A stretch of DNA of 64,000 nucleotides from an uncultured Desulfospira sp. (GTDB taxonomy: Bacteria; Desulfobacterota; Desulfobacteria; Desulfobacterales; Desulfobacteraceae), in assembly GCA_963663165.1 (NCBI GenBank), contig OY760175.1, positions 608,001 through 672,000 on the forward strand. Reading direction: 5' to 3'. The notes beneath the pieces were generated by a model. The model was not told the origin of the DNA, did not search any database, and saw only the letters and a list, made by a program, of their open reading frames with translations. Positions within the stretch are counted from its first letter, which is position 1. The number at the start of each line of letters is the position of its first letter. Shown here piece by piece: positions 40,046-49,653 of this stretch. The position numbers and the translations under genes are program-made.

Positions 40046-40183
40046 AGAAACCTCCTGAAAAAGGTAAACAGCACCAGGGGATTACGGCCTTATGATGAGC
40101 CGGCGCAGGCAAAACACCCATCCTAATTGTATCGGGGGCGTTTGAGCCGGTATCAGGTCGGTCTGGTGCCCACTATTAACCAT

Positions 40184-40212
40184 AAACTAACATATCCGTC
40201 AGACCTAATCAA
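40184..40212 (-). promoter_or_regulatory. Putative sigma70 promoter of hpf/raiA
   Basis: TTGATT-N17-TAGTTT with extended -10 TG. Confidence 0.5.
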
Positions 40213-40444
40213 ATTATTTTGCACCCGACTCACGGTGAATTTGTTCTAACCCTAAAGTAACTGTTCCGTAGCAGTGCTGACGCATGAAAATTTATAGTCA
40301 ATGATATCAATGACGCAGCTCGATATCCAAAATTATTTTGTCGCAAAATTTAAATAGACAAAATTTCGGCCTTTTGATAATGTAGCATAGGGTACGAATG
40401 AGCGCCCCCCCAATCGAGACACTACATTTGAAGAGGAGGATGTC

Positions 40445-41320
40445 GTGATTGTCCAATGTGGCCGGAAAATTAAAGACGAAGAGCTTATACAGATTTGCGA
40501 GACAGTAGAGACCTTTTCGAATTTGAGTCAGACTGAACTGGCTCATACAATATGCGAACATTTGGGCTGGTATACCGCTTCTGGTAGGAACAAGGTGGAT
40601 GCCTGCCGGAAATTGCTTCTGCGACTGGAGTCCCAAGGTCTCATACGGTTGCCTGAAAAAGAGAAACTCGGTCCCATAAAGGGCTCTCAACAGAAACTGC
40701 CGGTAGCGGACGACAGGACCCAGCCCCAAGATAAGGTAGCGGGCACGCTTTCGGATATCGGGCCGATCGTTGTCAGGGTCGCACAAGACACGGAAGAACG
40801 CTCACTGGTTAATGAATACCTGCACCGTTACCATTATCTTGGCTACAAGCGGCCGTTCGGATGTCATCTGCGTTATTTGATACAAGCTCAAGAGCGCATA
40901 TTGGGATGTATGCTGTTCTCAGGGGCGGCCAAGGCGCTGACCCCGAGGGATCGATGGATCGGCTGGAGCACCAACGAACGCTTAAGAAACTTGGGATTTG
41001 TTGTAAACAATGGACGCTTCCTGATTTTTCCGTGGGTCAAGGTCCGGTATCTGGCAAGTCACGTATTGGGTAAAATTGTCAGAGATCTGGTGCAAGACTG
41101 GGAGCGGAGCTGGGGGTATCGGCCGGCTTTGCTGGAGACCTTTGTCGACCCACAACACTTCGATGGGACGTGCTATCGGGCGGCCAATTTTAGACACCTT
41201 GGCATGACCAGCGGAAAGGGGCTTGTCCGGCAGGGTAGAAGTTACAGGACCAGTCCCAAAAAAATCTTCGTTTATCCGCTGGTGAATAATTTCCGTCAGG
41301 TTTTGAGGCAGATCGGATGA
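40445..41320 (+). CDS. DUF4338 (DruA-like / Mom-like GNAT) domain protein, IS passenger
   Basis: YHYLGYK, RDRWIGW, VVNNGRFLIFPWV, LASHVL, LETFVD and GTCYRAANF motifs; N-terminal HTH-like segment; RBS GAGGAGG. Confidence 0.85.
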   Translation: MIVQCGRKIKDEELIQICETVETFSNLSQTELAHTICEHLGWYTASGRNKVDACRKLLLRLESQGLIRLPEKEKLGPIKGSQQKLPVADDRTQPQDKVAGTLSDIGPIVVRVAQDTEERSLVNEYLHRYHYLGYKRPFGCHLRYLIQAQERILGCMLFSGAAKALTPRDRWIGWSTNERLRNLGFVVNNGRFLIFPWVKVRYLASHVLGKIVRDLVQDWERSWGYRPALLETFVDPQHFDGTCYRAANFRHLGMTSGKGLVRQGRSYRTSPKKIFVYPLVNNFRQVLRQIG

Positions 41321-42843
41321 GCAAGCCTAGCCGACGCCCCAATCGTGAGGAGATAAAGGCCAAAAGAAAGCAGTTTAAAAAGGAGCAGAGAAAATTACGT
41401 CGGGATGAAGAGGCCAGGGGATTTCAGCCGCCCTCTCATGGCACAATTTCTAACTGCAAATGCCGATATGAAAGTGTAGAACAGGAGGGGCGCATCCGCA
41501 ATGAGGCCGTGGCTGAGAAAATGAGTATTTTTCGCGCTAAGCTGCCAATTCTGCTCAAACGTATGGCCAAGATTGAAGACCCTCGAAACCCTAAGAAGAT
41601 AAAACACCAAATATCCACACTCATGATCTATGGGATACTGACCTTTGTGTTTCAGATGGCTTCTTGCCGTGAGGCCAACAAAGAAATGAGCCGGCCGATG
41701 TTCTGGAAGAATCTTCAATATTTTTTCCCGGAGCTTGAAACGCTTCCCCATCATGATACGTTAAAACGCCTATTGTCTAAGATTGATATCAATCAAATCA
41801 AGAAGCTTCATCTCGATCTGGTCAGAGATCTGATCCGGAAAAAGAAATTTCGACGGTACCTGGTCAATGGCTGTTATCCGATTGCCATAGATGGTACCGG
41901 TAAATTCAAACGCGACTGGCTTTGGGATGAAGAGTGCCTGGAACGTAACATCAAGAAAGAGGATGGCACCAGGAAACAGTATCATGTCTATGTTCTGGAA
42001 GCTAATCTTGCGTTTTCCGATGGCATGAGCATTCCGCTGATAAGCGAAATCCTGAGCTACACCGAAGGAGATACCGCTAATGATAAGCAGGACTGCGAAC
42101 TCAAGGCGTTTTACCGGTTAGCCTCTTGCCTGAAGGCGGCATTTCCCGCCCTAAAAATTATGGTGCTTTTGGATGGGCTTTATGCCAAGGGCCCCGTGGC
42201 AGAAATTTGCCGAACAAACAAATGGCAGTTCATGATTGTACTGAAAGATGACGCTCTACCCAGCGTAATGAATGAATTTGAAACGCTTGCCGCACTCGAT
42301 ACAGAAAACTGCCACCAACACACATGGGGCAATAGGAAACAGGTTTTTCGGTGGATCAACGCCATTGACTACCGGTTTGGTCCGAACGGCAAGAAAAGTC
42401 AAATCCTGCACGTTGTTGAATGCAAAGAGAGCTGGAAAGAGGTTAGCCGGGAAAGCGGTCAACCGGAAAAGAAAAATAGTCGTCATGTGTGGTTGTCCAG
42501 CGAACCTTTGGACAGATTTAATCTTCACGAACGATGCAACATAGCCGCCCGTTCCCGTTGGTGTATTGAAACCGGTATTCTCGTTGAGAAACATCATGGA
42601 TATGAGTACGAGCACTGTTTTTCGTATGATTGGAACGTCATGAAGGGGTATCATGCCTTGATGCGCCTGGGCCATATGTTTAACGTTTTGGCCAGATACT
42701 CGCAGCGGCTTGCCAGGATTATTGAAGATACCGGCGCACGGGGCCTGATTCGTTTAGTCCGGGATACCATGTCCGGCCCGTGGCTGGATTACATGTGGCT
42801 GGAAGATCGTCTGTCCACTCCCTTTCAACTCCGATTAGTATGA
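41317..42843 (+). CDS. DDE transposase, ISAs1/H-repeat-related
   Basis: N-terminal IEDPR...H and PHHDTL; catalytic IAIDGT, LLDGLY, RSRWCIE; ATGA overlap with the upstream gene. Confidence 0.9.
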   Translation: MSKPSRRPNREEIKAKRKQFKKEQRKLRRDEEARGFQPPSHGTISNCKCRYESVEQEGRIRNEAVAEKMSIFRAKLPILLKRMAKIEDPRNPKKIKHQISTLMIYGILTFVFQMASCREANKEMSRPMFWKNLQYFFPELETLPHHDTLKRLLSKIDINQIKKLHLDLVRDLIRKKKFRRYLVNGCYPIAIDGTGKFKRDWLWDEECLERNIKKEDGTRKQYHVYVLEANLAFSDGMSIPLISEILSYTEGDTANDKQDCELKAFYRLASCLKAAFPALKIMVLLDGLYAKGPVAEICRTNKWQFMIVLKDDALPSVMNEFETLAALDTENCHQHTWGNRKQVFRWINAIDYRFGPNGKKSQILHVVECKESWKEVSRESGQPEKKNSRHVWLSSEPLDRFNLHERCNIAARSRWCIETGILVEKHHGYEYEHCFSYDWNVMKGYHALMRLGHMFNVLARYSQRLARIIEDTGARGLIRLVRDTMSGPWLDYMWLEDRLSTPFQLRLV

Positions 42844-43204
42844 CGGCAACGACGGACGGGTAATCGAAAACACTCTCCCAAGCAGAGAGGTGGGAACGCT
42901 ATGTTCGGACCGAAGGACCGTCTTTCGTTTCGGCCATAGTCAGTGTCTGAAGGACTGCCTTTTTGAATTAAAAAAGGCTGGATCTCCCCCCAAAGGGAGT
43001 GGTTAGATCGACTAAAGCCAACCTTTTTTTATTCATGCGTCAGCACTGGTTCCGTAGTGCCCGATTTGTCAATCCATCGTATTCCTGATAATATAGCTGG
43101 TCATTTTTGATTTTAACACCCGTTAAATTGGAAAGGGTTTTTTCAATTTTTATTTTCGGTGGTCTAAGCCTGCTAACCCCTAAAGGATAAGCTTTCTTAA
43201 AAAT

Positions 43205-46200
43205 ATGATACCCAATTCTGACGCCCCCAATCCCTTTGAGCCTCTGATGGCGCAGCTTTCCCATGTGCCGGTCCATCAAACCGTGGTCCGGATTTTAGCG
43301 GTCCAGGTTTATGAAATGCGGCAAACTGACCTTTTGGATTGCCTTGAGCATCTTGGATGCCGGGACGAGATGGGCAACCCCTTTTCCTATAAAACCCTGG
43401 GGCCGGTTCTCAAAGCCCTGGTGGCCCAGAAGGCGGTTTTAGTAAACGATGACGGGCTTTCCTGTCCTGAAAATCTAGGAATCGAAATTCTAAAAGAACT
43501 GGCAGCCCGGGGCCAATATACCCGGATTGCCGATCAGGTCCTTAAAGTGGCCCCACTGGTTAAGCCCCAACTAGAACGGCATATTGAGTTCAGGACCATA
43601 AAAGAATTCGCCAGAGCTGTTTTTATGGCCTTGTTCAGTGATTCAGTCCTGGCAGACCCGGATCTTGTCCGAAGGTCCGGGCAGGAGATGGACAGAAAGA
43701 AACGCGGGAAAGAAACCGTGCTGCTCAAGGTCTTTGCCTCTTCTTTCAGGCCAGATTTCATTGACGGAATTTCATTGCCATGGCGATGGAAATTAACGGG
43801 CTGGATTCTGGAAGATATCCGAAAAAAACTGCTCCTTGTTCAAAGCGTCACAGATTATGCCCAACGCCTTGCATCCAAATATCCCGGGCTTGACCAGGAT
43901 ATGATTCTTGCCGATCATTACCTTTTAACCGGAAAACTTGATCTGATTGAAGACAATCCTTGTTTTGACCCGGAAGCGCCACCGCGTTTTTTTGTCCAGC
44001 AGGGGAAAAAGGCCCTGCTAAAGGGTCAAATATCCCAATCGATTTCCCTGTTCCGGCAGGGGCTTGACCGGCTCGAACAAGACCCCCCTTTCCGGCACTG
44101 TTTTCCCCACCCGGAAGACAATCTTTTTTTTCTTTTGGCCATTCTCGGCAGCGGCCGGGAACGGAACCCCGTCCCGGAAAAAGATTATCTGGATCAAATC
44201 AACTATTGGGTGGCAACGCAATCATCTGCCTTAGGGGAACTTTTCAAGGTCATCACAGGCCTTATTGTTCATCAGCCAAGATCCATTGTATCTTCAGAAT
44301 TTCAGGAGAAATCATCTTCTTTTATGAATGAAGATTACCTGGCTGCCTTTTTTTCTGTTTTGTTTAAAAGCTGGGCCCAGGAACCAGGGCTTGGCAGATA
44401 TCAAAAGGACCTTGAAACCATCCGGGAAAAATGTATAGATTTCGGCGCCGAATGGCTTTTGGCAGAAGTCTATTCCCTGATGGCCAGATTAAATTTTAAT
44501 TTTGATGTCAACAACGCCATTGCAGGACAACTGCACCGGGACATGGGGACGGTGAGTCTGCTGGATTTATTCGTCCCGGCAGCCCAGTGGAAAAAGCCCC
44601 TGGCCCTTTTGGCAGGCATGGGAACGGGGGGGGCAGAAAACCTTGACCGGGCTTGCGATCATCCCCAGGACCAGCGGCTTGTCTGGCAGTTGATTGTGGA
44701 TGACCGGGCCAATGGCTGCCGCCTTATTCCCTGTATTCAGCTTAAAACCCCCAAAGGGTGGTCCAAACCAAAATTTTTGGATATCCGGGAATTATACCGC
44801 AATTACCTGACCCTTGATTTTTTAACCCCCCAGGACCATCACATCTGTGCCGCCATTGAGAAAAAGCCCGGCCTGCCCTATGGTGATTCCCCTATATTTG
44901 AGTTTAACCTTGAAAAGGCCCTGCCGGCCCTTGCCGGCCATCCGCTGATTTTTTCAAAACAAAATTTTGTGCAGCCTGTCACACTGGCAATCGGCGAACC
45001 CCGGCTGTGTCTGACCTGGAAAAACCAGCACATTCATATTTTTATGGACCCCATGCCGGGCCATCCGCTGCCAGGGCTTTGTCTGATTGAGGAATCGTCC
45101 TTTAGGTATAAAATCATCCGGTTTAACATGGACCAGATCAACATGGCCCGGCTGTTAAAAGACCGGGGGCTGGTCATTCCGGAAAAAGAAGAAAAAAGTA
45201 TTGAACAGGCTATTTCTTCTGTGTCTTCCTTTATGGCGGTCCATTCCGATCTCAAGGTGGCATCTACCCAGGAATTTGCTGACATGACAGCCGATGCCGC
45301 CATTCATGTACTGTTAACCCCCTTTAAAAAGGGACTGGTCATGGAAACAAGGGTCAATCCCTTAAAAGATGATCTCACCTTTTTTCTGCCAGGCCAGGGC
45401 AGCCGGTATATTTTCAGGGAAACCGGCCATACCAAAATCAGGACCACCCGTGATCTTGAACAGGAAACCGATCATCTTAAAAAAATTATCAAGGCCTGTC
45501 CGACCCTTGAAACCTGCCGGGAATATCAAGGAGAATGGCACACCGATGATCCCGAACAGATCCTAGAACTGTTAACGGAGTTAAAAAACTGCCAAGAACC
45601 CATGGTCTTAAAATGGCCAAAGGAATCCAAATGGCTGATCCGGCATGAGAACAGCCTGTCCGACCTGTCCTTGTCCATTCAAAAGGACCGGCAGTGGTTC
45701 AAGGCCCGGGGTTCGGTTCAAATCGACAAGGATACCCGTATTGAACTGTTCCGGTTCATGGAGATGCTCGAATCGTCATACGGCCGGTTCATCCCCTTGG
45801 ACGACGGCTCGTTTTTGGCCATTACCGAGTCGTTGAAGCGAAGGATTGAGGAACTCAAGGCCTTTTCCACCCCCCATGGAACGGATTTGCTGTTTTCTCC
45901 TTTGGCCGCACCGGCCATAGAGGAACTTGCGGACCAGGCCGGACACCTTGACACCGATCTTGCCTGGAAGACCCATTGCCGGAACCTTAAACAGGATATT
46001 CAAACCACCATCCCCGCCTCCCTGACAGCGGTGTTAAGAGATTATCAGGTGACCGGGTTTCACTGGCTTTGCCGGCTTGCTCACTGGCAGGTGGGCGGTT
46101 GCCTGGCCGACGACATGGGGCTTGGCAAAACCGTTCAGTCCCTTGCCGGAATCCTGGTCAATGCCCATCAGGGTCCGTCCCTGGTTGTGGCCCCTTTATC

Positions 46201-47410
46201 GGTTTTAAACAACTGGGAAAAAGAAGCCAAAGCCTTTACTTCAAAGCTTTCCCCGTTAATCTTTGGCGGCAGAAACCGGCAGGAATTTTTAGATAACCTC
46301 GGGCCCTTTGACCTGGTCATCTGCAGCTACGGCCTTCTTCAGACCGAACGTAAAAAACTGGCCGGGATAACCTGGCAGACCATTGTCCTGGACGAAGCCC
46401 AGGCCATTAAGAACCGGAAAACCAAACGCTCCAAAGCGGCCATGGCATTAACCGGCAAATTCAGGCTGATCACCACGGGCACACCGATTGAAAACCATTT
46501 AGAAGAACTGTGGACCCTGTTTAATTTCTTAAATCCCGGGTTGCTCGGTACATTTCAGCGGTTTAAGACCGCCTTTGTCCTGCCCATTGAGGGGAATCAG
46601 GATCCTGAGGCCGCCGGCCGGTTAAGAAAGCTGATCCGCCCGTTTCTGCTTCGCCGGAAAAAAGACGATGTTCTCAAAGAACTGCCGGAAAAAACAGAGG
46701 TGACCCTCCAGATTGAAATGAGCCGGGAAGAATCGCTTCTCTATGAGGCCCAGCGATTGAAATCCCTTCAAAACATCTCTGAGTTCAAAGACAGCCCCCA
46801 TCAAAAACATTTCAGGGTCCTGGCGGAACTGACCCGGCTGCGGCGGCTGTGCTGCAACCCGTCCCTGGTGCTGCCGGACACCCGTGTGGAAAGTTCCAAA
46901 CTCAAGGTATTCATGGATACGGTCAGAGAACTCAAGGAGAACCATCACAGGGCCCTGGTCTTCAGCCAGTTTGTGGGGCATCTGGATATTTTACGGCATG
47001 CCCTTTCAAAAGAAGGATTTTCCTTTCAATATCTGGACGGGGCCACCCCTCAAAAAGAGCGTATTTTAAGGATTCAAGAATTTCAGGAAGGGCAGGGGGA
47101 TCTGTTCCTCATCAGCCTTAAGGCCGGCGGTACCGGCCTTAACCTGACAGCCGCCGATTATGTGATTCATATGGACCCCTGGTGGAACCCGGCCGTGGAA
47201 GATCAGGCATCAGACCGGGCCCACCGGATCGGGCAGACCCGTCCGGTCACCGTCTACCGTTTAGTGGTCAAAGATTCCATAGAAGAACGGATCATGGACC
47301 TTCACAGTGAAAAACGGGACCTGGCCCAAAGCCTTCTGGCCCAGAGTGAATTTGCAGGGAAGCTTTCCACCGCAGAGCTTCTGGCCTTAATGCAGGGGAA
47401 AAAACCTTAG
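43205..47410 (+). CDS. SNF2-family helicase/translocase with long N-terminal region
   Basis: LADDMGLGKT, LDEAQ, TGTPIEN, SLKAGGTGLNL, DPWWNP and DRAHRIGQ motifs. Confidence 0.93.
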   Translation: MIPNSDAPNPFEPLMAQLSHVPVHQTVVRILAVQVYEMRQTDLLDCLEHLGCRDEMGNPFSYKTLGPVLKALVAQKAVLVNDDGLSCPENLGIEILKELAARGQYTRIADQVLKVAPLVKPQLERHIEFRTIKEFARAVFMALFSDSVLADPDLVRRSGQEMDRKKRGKETVLLKVFASSFRPDFIDGISLPWRWKLTGWILEDIRKKLLLVQSVTDYAQRLASKYPGLDQDMILADHYLLTGKLDLIEDNPCFDPEAPPRFFVQQGKKALLKGQISQSISLFRQGLDRLEQDPPFRHCFPHPEDNLFFLLAILGSGRERNPVPEKDYLDQINYWVATQSSALGELFKVITGLIVHQPRSIVSSEFQEKSSSFMNEDYLAAFFSVLFKSWAQEPGLGRYQKDLETIREKCIDFGAEWLLAEVYSLMARLNFNFDVNNAIAGQLHRDMGTVSLLDLFVPAAQWKKPLALLAGMGTGGAENLDRACDHPQDQRLVWQLIVDDRANGCRLIPCIQLKTPKGWSKPKFLDIRELYRNYLTLDFLTPQDHHICAAIEKKPGLPYGDSPIFEFNLEKALPALAGHPLIFSKQNFVQPVTLAIGEPRLCLTWKNQHIHIFMDPMPGHPLPGLCLIEESSFRYKIIRFNMDQINMARLLKDRGLVIPEKEEKSIEQAISSVSSFMAVHSDLKVASTQEFADMTADAAIHVLLTPFKKGLVMETRVNPLKDDLTFFLPGQGSRYIFRETGHTKIRTTRDLEQETDHLKKIIKACPTLETCREYQGEWHTDDPEQILELLTELKNCQEPMVLKWPKESKWLIRHENSLSDLSLSIQKDRQWFKARGSVQIDKDTRIELFRFMEMLESSYGRFIPLDDGSFLAITESLKRRIEELKAFSTPHGTDLLFSPLAAPAIEELADQAGHLDTDLAWKTHCRNLKQDIQTTIPASLTAVLRDYQVTGFHWLCRLAHWQVGGCLADDMGLGKTVQSLAGILVNAHQGPSLVVAPLSVLNNWEKEAKAFTSKLSPLIFGGRNRQEFLDNLGPFDLVICSYGLLQTERKKLAGITWQTIVLDEAQAIKNRKTKRSKAAMALTGKFRLITTGTPIENHLEELWTLFNFLNPGLLGTFQRFKTAFVLPIEGNQDPEAAGRLRKLIRPFLLRRKKDDVLKELPEKTEVTLQIEMSREESLLYEAQRLKSLQNISEFKDSPHQKHFRVLAELTRLRRLCCNPSLVLPDTRVESSKLKVFMDTVRELKENHHRALVFSQFVGHLDILRHALSKEGFSFQYLDGATPQKERILRIQEFQEGQGDLFLISLKAGGTGLNLTAADYVIHMDPWWNPAVEDQASDRAHRIGQTRPVTVYRLVVKDSIEERIMDLHSEKRDLAQSLLAQSEFAGKLSTAELLALMQGKKP

Positions 47411-47724
47411 GTTAAGACGCCCACCGGAGACATGTCCCTTTTTTTCCTGTTCTTGCTCATAATCTTGCTCGTGCTCAATTTGGTGCATGAAAGAGATTCC
47501 AAGACAACCGGCCATTCAATTCCAGGGTAAAAATTCAAAAGAACCAGGCAGAACAGGAATTTATCCATTTATTTACTTGCTTTTCTTCTCCTTCATTGAT
47601 ATAAAGGCAAATTGTACTCATCTTCCCGACTGATTTTTCTGAAAATAAACGCTAAATGCCACCATTTAGCCGGACAAAACAGATCTGGAAGACGGGTAAA
47701 ATTCGACAAGGGAGATTAATTTTA

Positions 47725-49542
47725 ATGAACAACATTGCTGAAGAAAACGAAAATCAAAACATGAATACCGAACAAATGGAGAAACCGCTGGAAACTTCTG
47801 ATGCCGGGATTGAAATCACCGGGGAAGAAACCATGGAAGAACTTCTGGACATTTACGAGTCCAGCCTGAAAAAATTTGAAGAGGGCCAGGTGGTCACAGG
47901 AACTGTCATCTCTGTTGGCAGGGAAACGGTTCTGGTTGATGTGGGATACAAGTCAGAAGGACAGATCTCCATTCAGGAATTCATTGATGAAGAAGGCAAT
48001 GTCAACGTCAATGTCAACGACCAGTTTGAGGTCATGATCGAGGTTTGGGACGAGGAAGAAGAGACGGTTCTGCTTTCCCGTGAAAAAGCCAAGAAGGTCA
48101 AAGTCTGGGATGCCATCAAAGATGTTTACGATGAAGACGGAATCATCGAAGGTGTCATTGTCTCCAGGGTTAAAGGCGGCTTTTCAGTTGATATCGGGTT
48201 GACGGCTTTTCTGCCCGGATCACAGGCTGATCTGCGCCCCATTCGGAACATGGACGAGATGGTCGGTCAGACCTATGAGTTCAAGATCCTCAAATACAAT
48301 AAAAAAAGAAACAACATTGTCCTGTCCAGAAGGGTGCTGCTTGAAGCTGAACGTGACAAGCTCAGAAGTGCAACCCTTCAGGCCATTGAAAATGACAAGG
48401 TCATGGAAGGCATCGTTAAAAATATTACCGAATACGGTGTGTTTGTCGATCTTGGCGGCGTGGACGGACTGCTTCATATTACGGATATTTCATGGGGACG
48501 GGTCAAACATCCTTCAGAACTGTTTAATGTGGGAGATCAGATCACCGTCAAAATACTGTCCTTTGACTTTGAAAGAGAACGGGTTTCTCTGGGCATGAAA
48601 CAACTGACCCCGGATCCCTGGACCACTGCGGCAGAAAAATATCCCATCGACTCCAAGGTTACCGGCAGGGTAGTCAGCCTGACCGATTACGGCGCATTTA
48701 TTGAACTTGAAGAAGGTGTTGAAGGGCTGATCCACGTTTCTGAAATGTCCTGGACCCGCAAGATCCGACATCCGTCCCAGATGGTTACCGTGGGCGAAGA
48801 GGTGGAAGCGGTTGTCCTTGATCTTAAGCCGGAAAACAGAAGGATTTCCCTGGGCATCAAACAGACCGTTGACAACCCCTGGGAAGTCATTTCCCAGAAA
48901 TATCCGGTGGGAACCATCATTGAAGGAAAAATCAAAAACATCACTGAATTCGGCCTTTTCATCGGAATTGACGATGACATCGACGGTCTGGTTCACATCT
49001 CTGATATTTCCTGGACCAAACGGATTAAACATCCTTCAGAAATCTATAAGAAAAACGACACCATTCAGGCCGTTGTTCTGGATATCGACAAAACCAACGA
49101 AAGATTCTCCCTTGGCATCAAACAGACCCAGGCAGATCCATGGGATACCGTTGGAGAACGGTATGAAGTCGGCAAAGAAATTTCCGGTGTCATCACCAAC
49201 CTGACGGATTTCGGTGTTTTTGTTGAACTGGAAGAAGGGATTGAAGGCCTTGTCCATGTTTCGGAAATCAGCAAAGAAAATGTGAAAAGCCCCAAAGAGC
49301 ATTATCAGATTGGAGAAACCATTACGGCCAAAGTGATGAACATCAATTCTGATGAAAGACGGATCGGGCTTTCCATTAAGCGGCTTGAAGAAGATGATGA
49401 CGACAAATATCTTGAAGAATTTGCCAAGAACATGAAGCCTGCAACATCTTCTTTCGGCGCCATTTTGGGCAACAGTATCCAGGAGCAGATCGAAGCCAAT
49501 AAAGCCCAGGAAAAAGAAGATTCCGAAGACGATCAGGAATAA
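47725..49542 (+). CDS. rpsA: 30S ribosomal protein S1
   Basis: Six S1 repeats (GVFVDLGGVDGLLHI, GAFIELEEGVEGLIHV and similar); start placed after RBS AAGGGAG. Confidence 0.98.
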   Translation: MNNIAEENENQNMNTEQMEKPLETSDAGIEITGEETMEELLDIYESSLKKFEEGQVVTGTVISVGRETVLVDVGYKSEGQISIQEFIDEEGNVNVNVNDQFEVMIEVWDEEEETVLLSREKAKKVKVWDAIKDVYDEDGIIEGVIVSRVKGGFSVDIGLTAFLPGSQADLRPIRNMDEMVGQTYEFKILKYNKKRNNIVLSRRVLLEAERDKLRSATLQAIENDKVMEGIVKNITEYGVFVDLGGVDGLLHITDISWGRVKHPSELFNVGDQITVKILSFDFERERVSLGMKQLTPDPWTTAAEKYPIDSKVTGRVVSLTDYGAFIELEEGVEGLIHVSEMSWTRKIRHPSQMVTVGEEVEAVVLDLKPENRRISLGIKQTVDNPWEVISQKYPVGTIIEGKIKNITEFGLFIGIDDDIDGLVHISDISWTKRIKHPSEIYKKNDTIQAVVLDIDKTNERFSLGIKQTQADPWDTVGERYEVGKEISGVITNLTDFGVFVELEEGIEGLVHVSEISKENVKSPKEHYQIGETITAKVMNINSDERRIGLSIKRLEEDDDDKYLEEFAKNMKPATSSFGAILGNSIQEQIEANKAQEKEDSEDDQE

Positions 49543-49590
49543 CCATAATCTATAATTTTTCGGGAAGGCTGTATCCCGGGATTCAGATTC

Positions 49591-49630
49591 AAAGGCCGGA
49601 CGAAAACCCATTTTCTTCCGGCCTTTTATT
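49591..49630 (+). terminator. Terminator-like hairpin after rpsA
   Basis: AAAGGCCGGA...TCCGGCCTTT followed by a T-rich tract. Confidence 0.65.
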
Positions 49631-49653
49631 GTTTTAGCTTCAGTTAAGGAAAT

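Larger units (their letters stand above)
40272..43048 (+). mobile_element. Intact 2,777-bp two-gene insertion sequence (ISAs1/H-repeat-related transposase plus DUF4338 gene)
   Basis: Perfect 17-bp terminal inverted repeats CAGTGCTGACGCATGAA (40272-40288; reverse complement at 43032-43048), flanked by a 9-bp direct repeat GTTCCGTAG (40263-40271 and 43049-43057). Confidence 0.96.

Noticed and set aside
40071..40169. SRP (4.5S) RNA or 6S RNA
   Set aside because: It has TCAGGTC but lacks the following GNRA loop and AGCAG of SRP helix 8, and it is too short for 6S with no central bubble.
40445..47410. Druantia anti-phage system (DruA-like gene near a large helicase)
   Set aside because: The DUF4338 gene lies inside IS boundaries. 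The helicase is outside them, is SNF2-type rather than DruE-like, and no druBCD-like genes are present.
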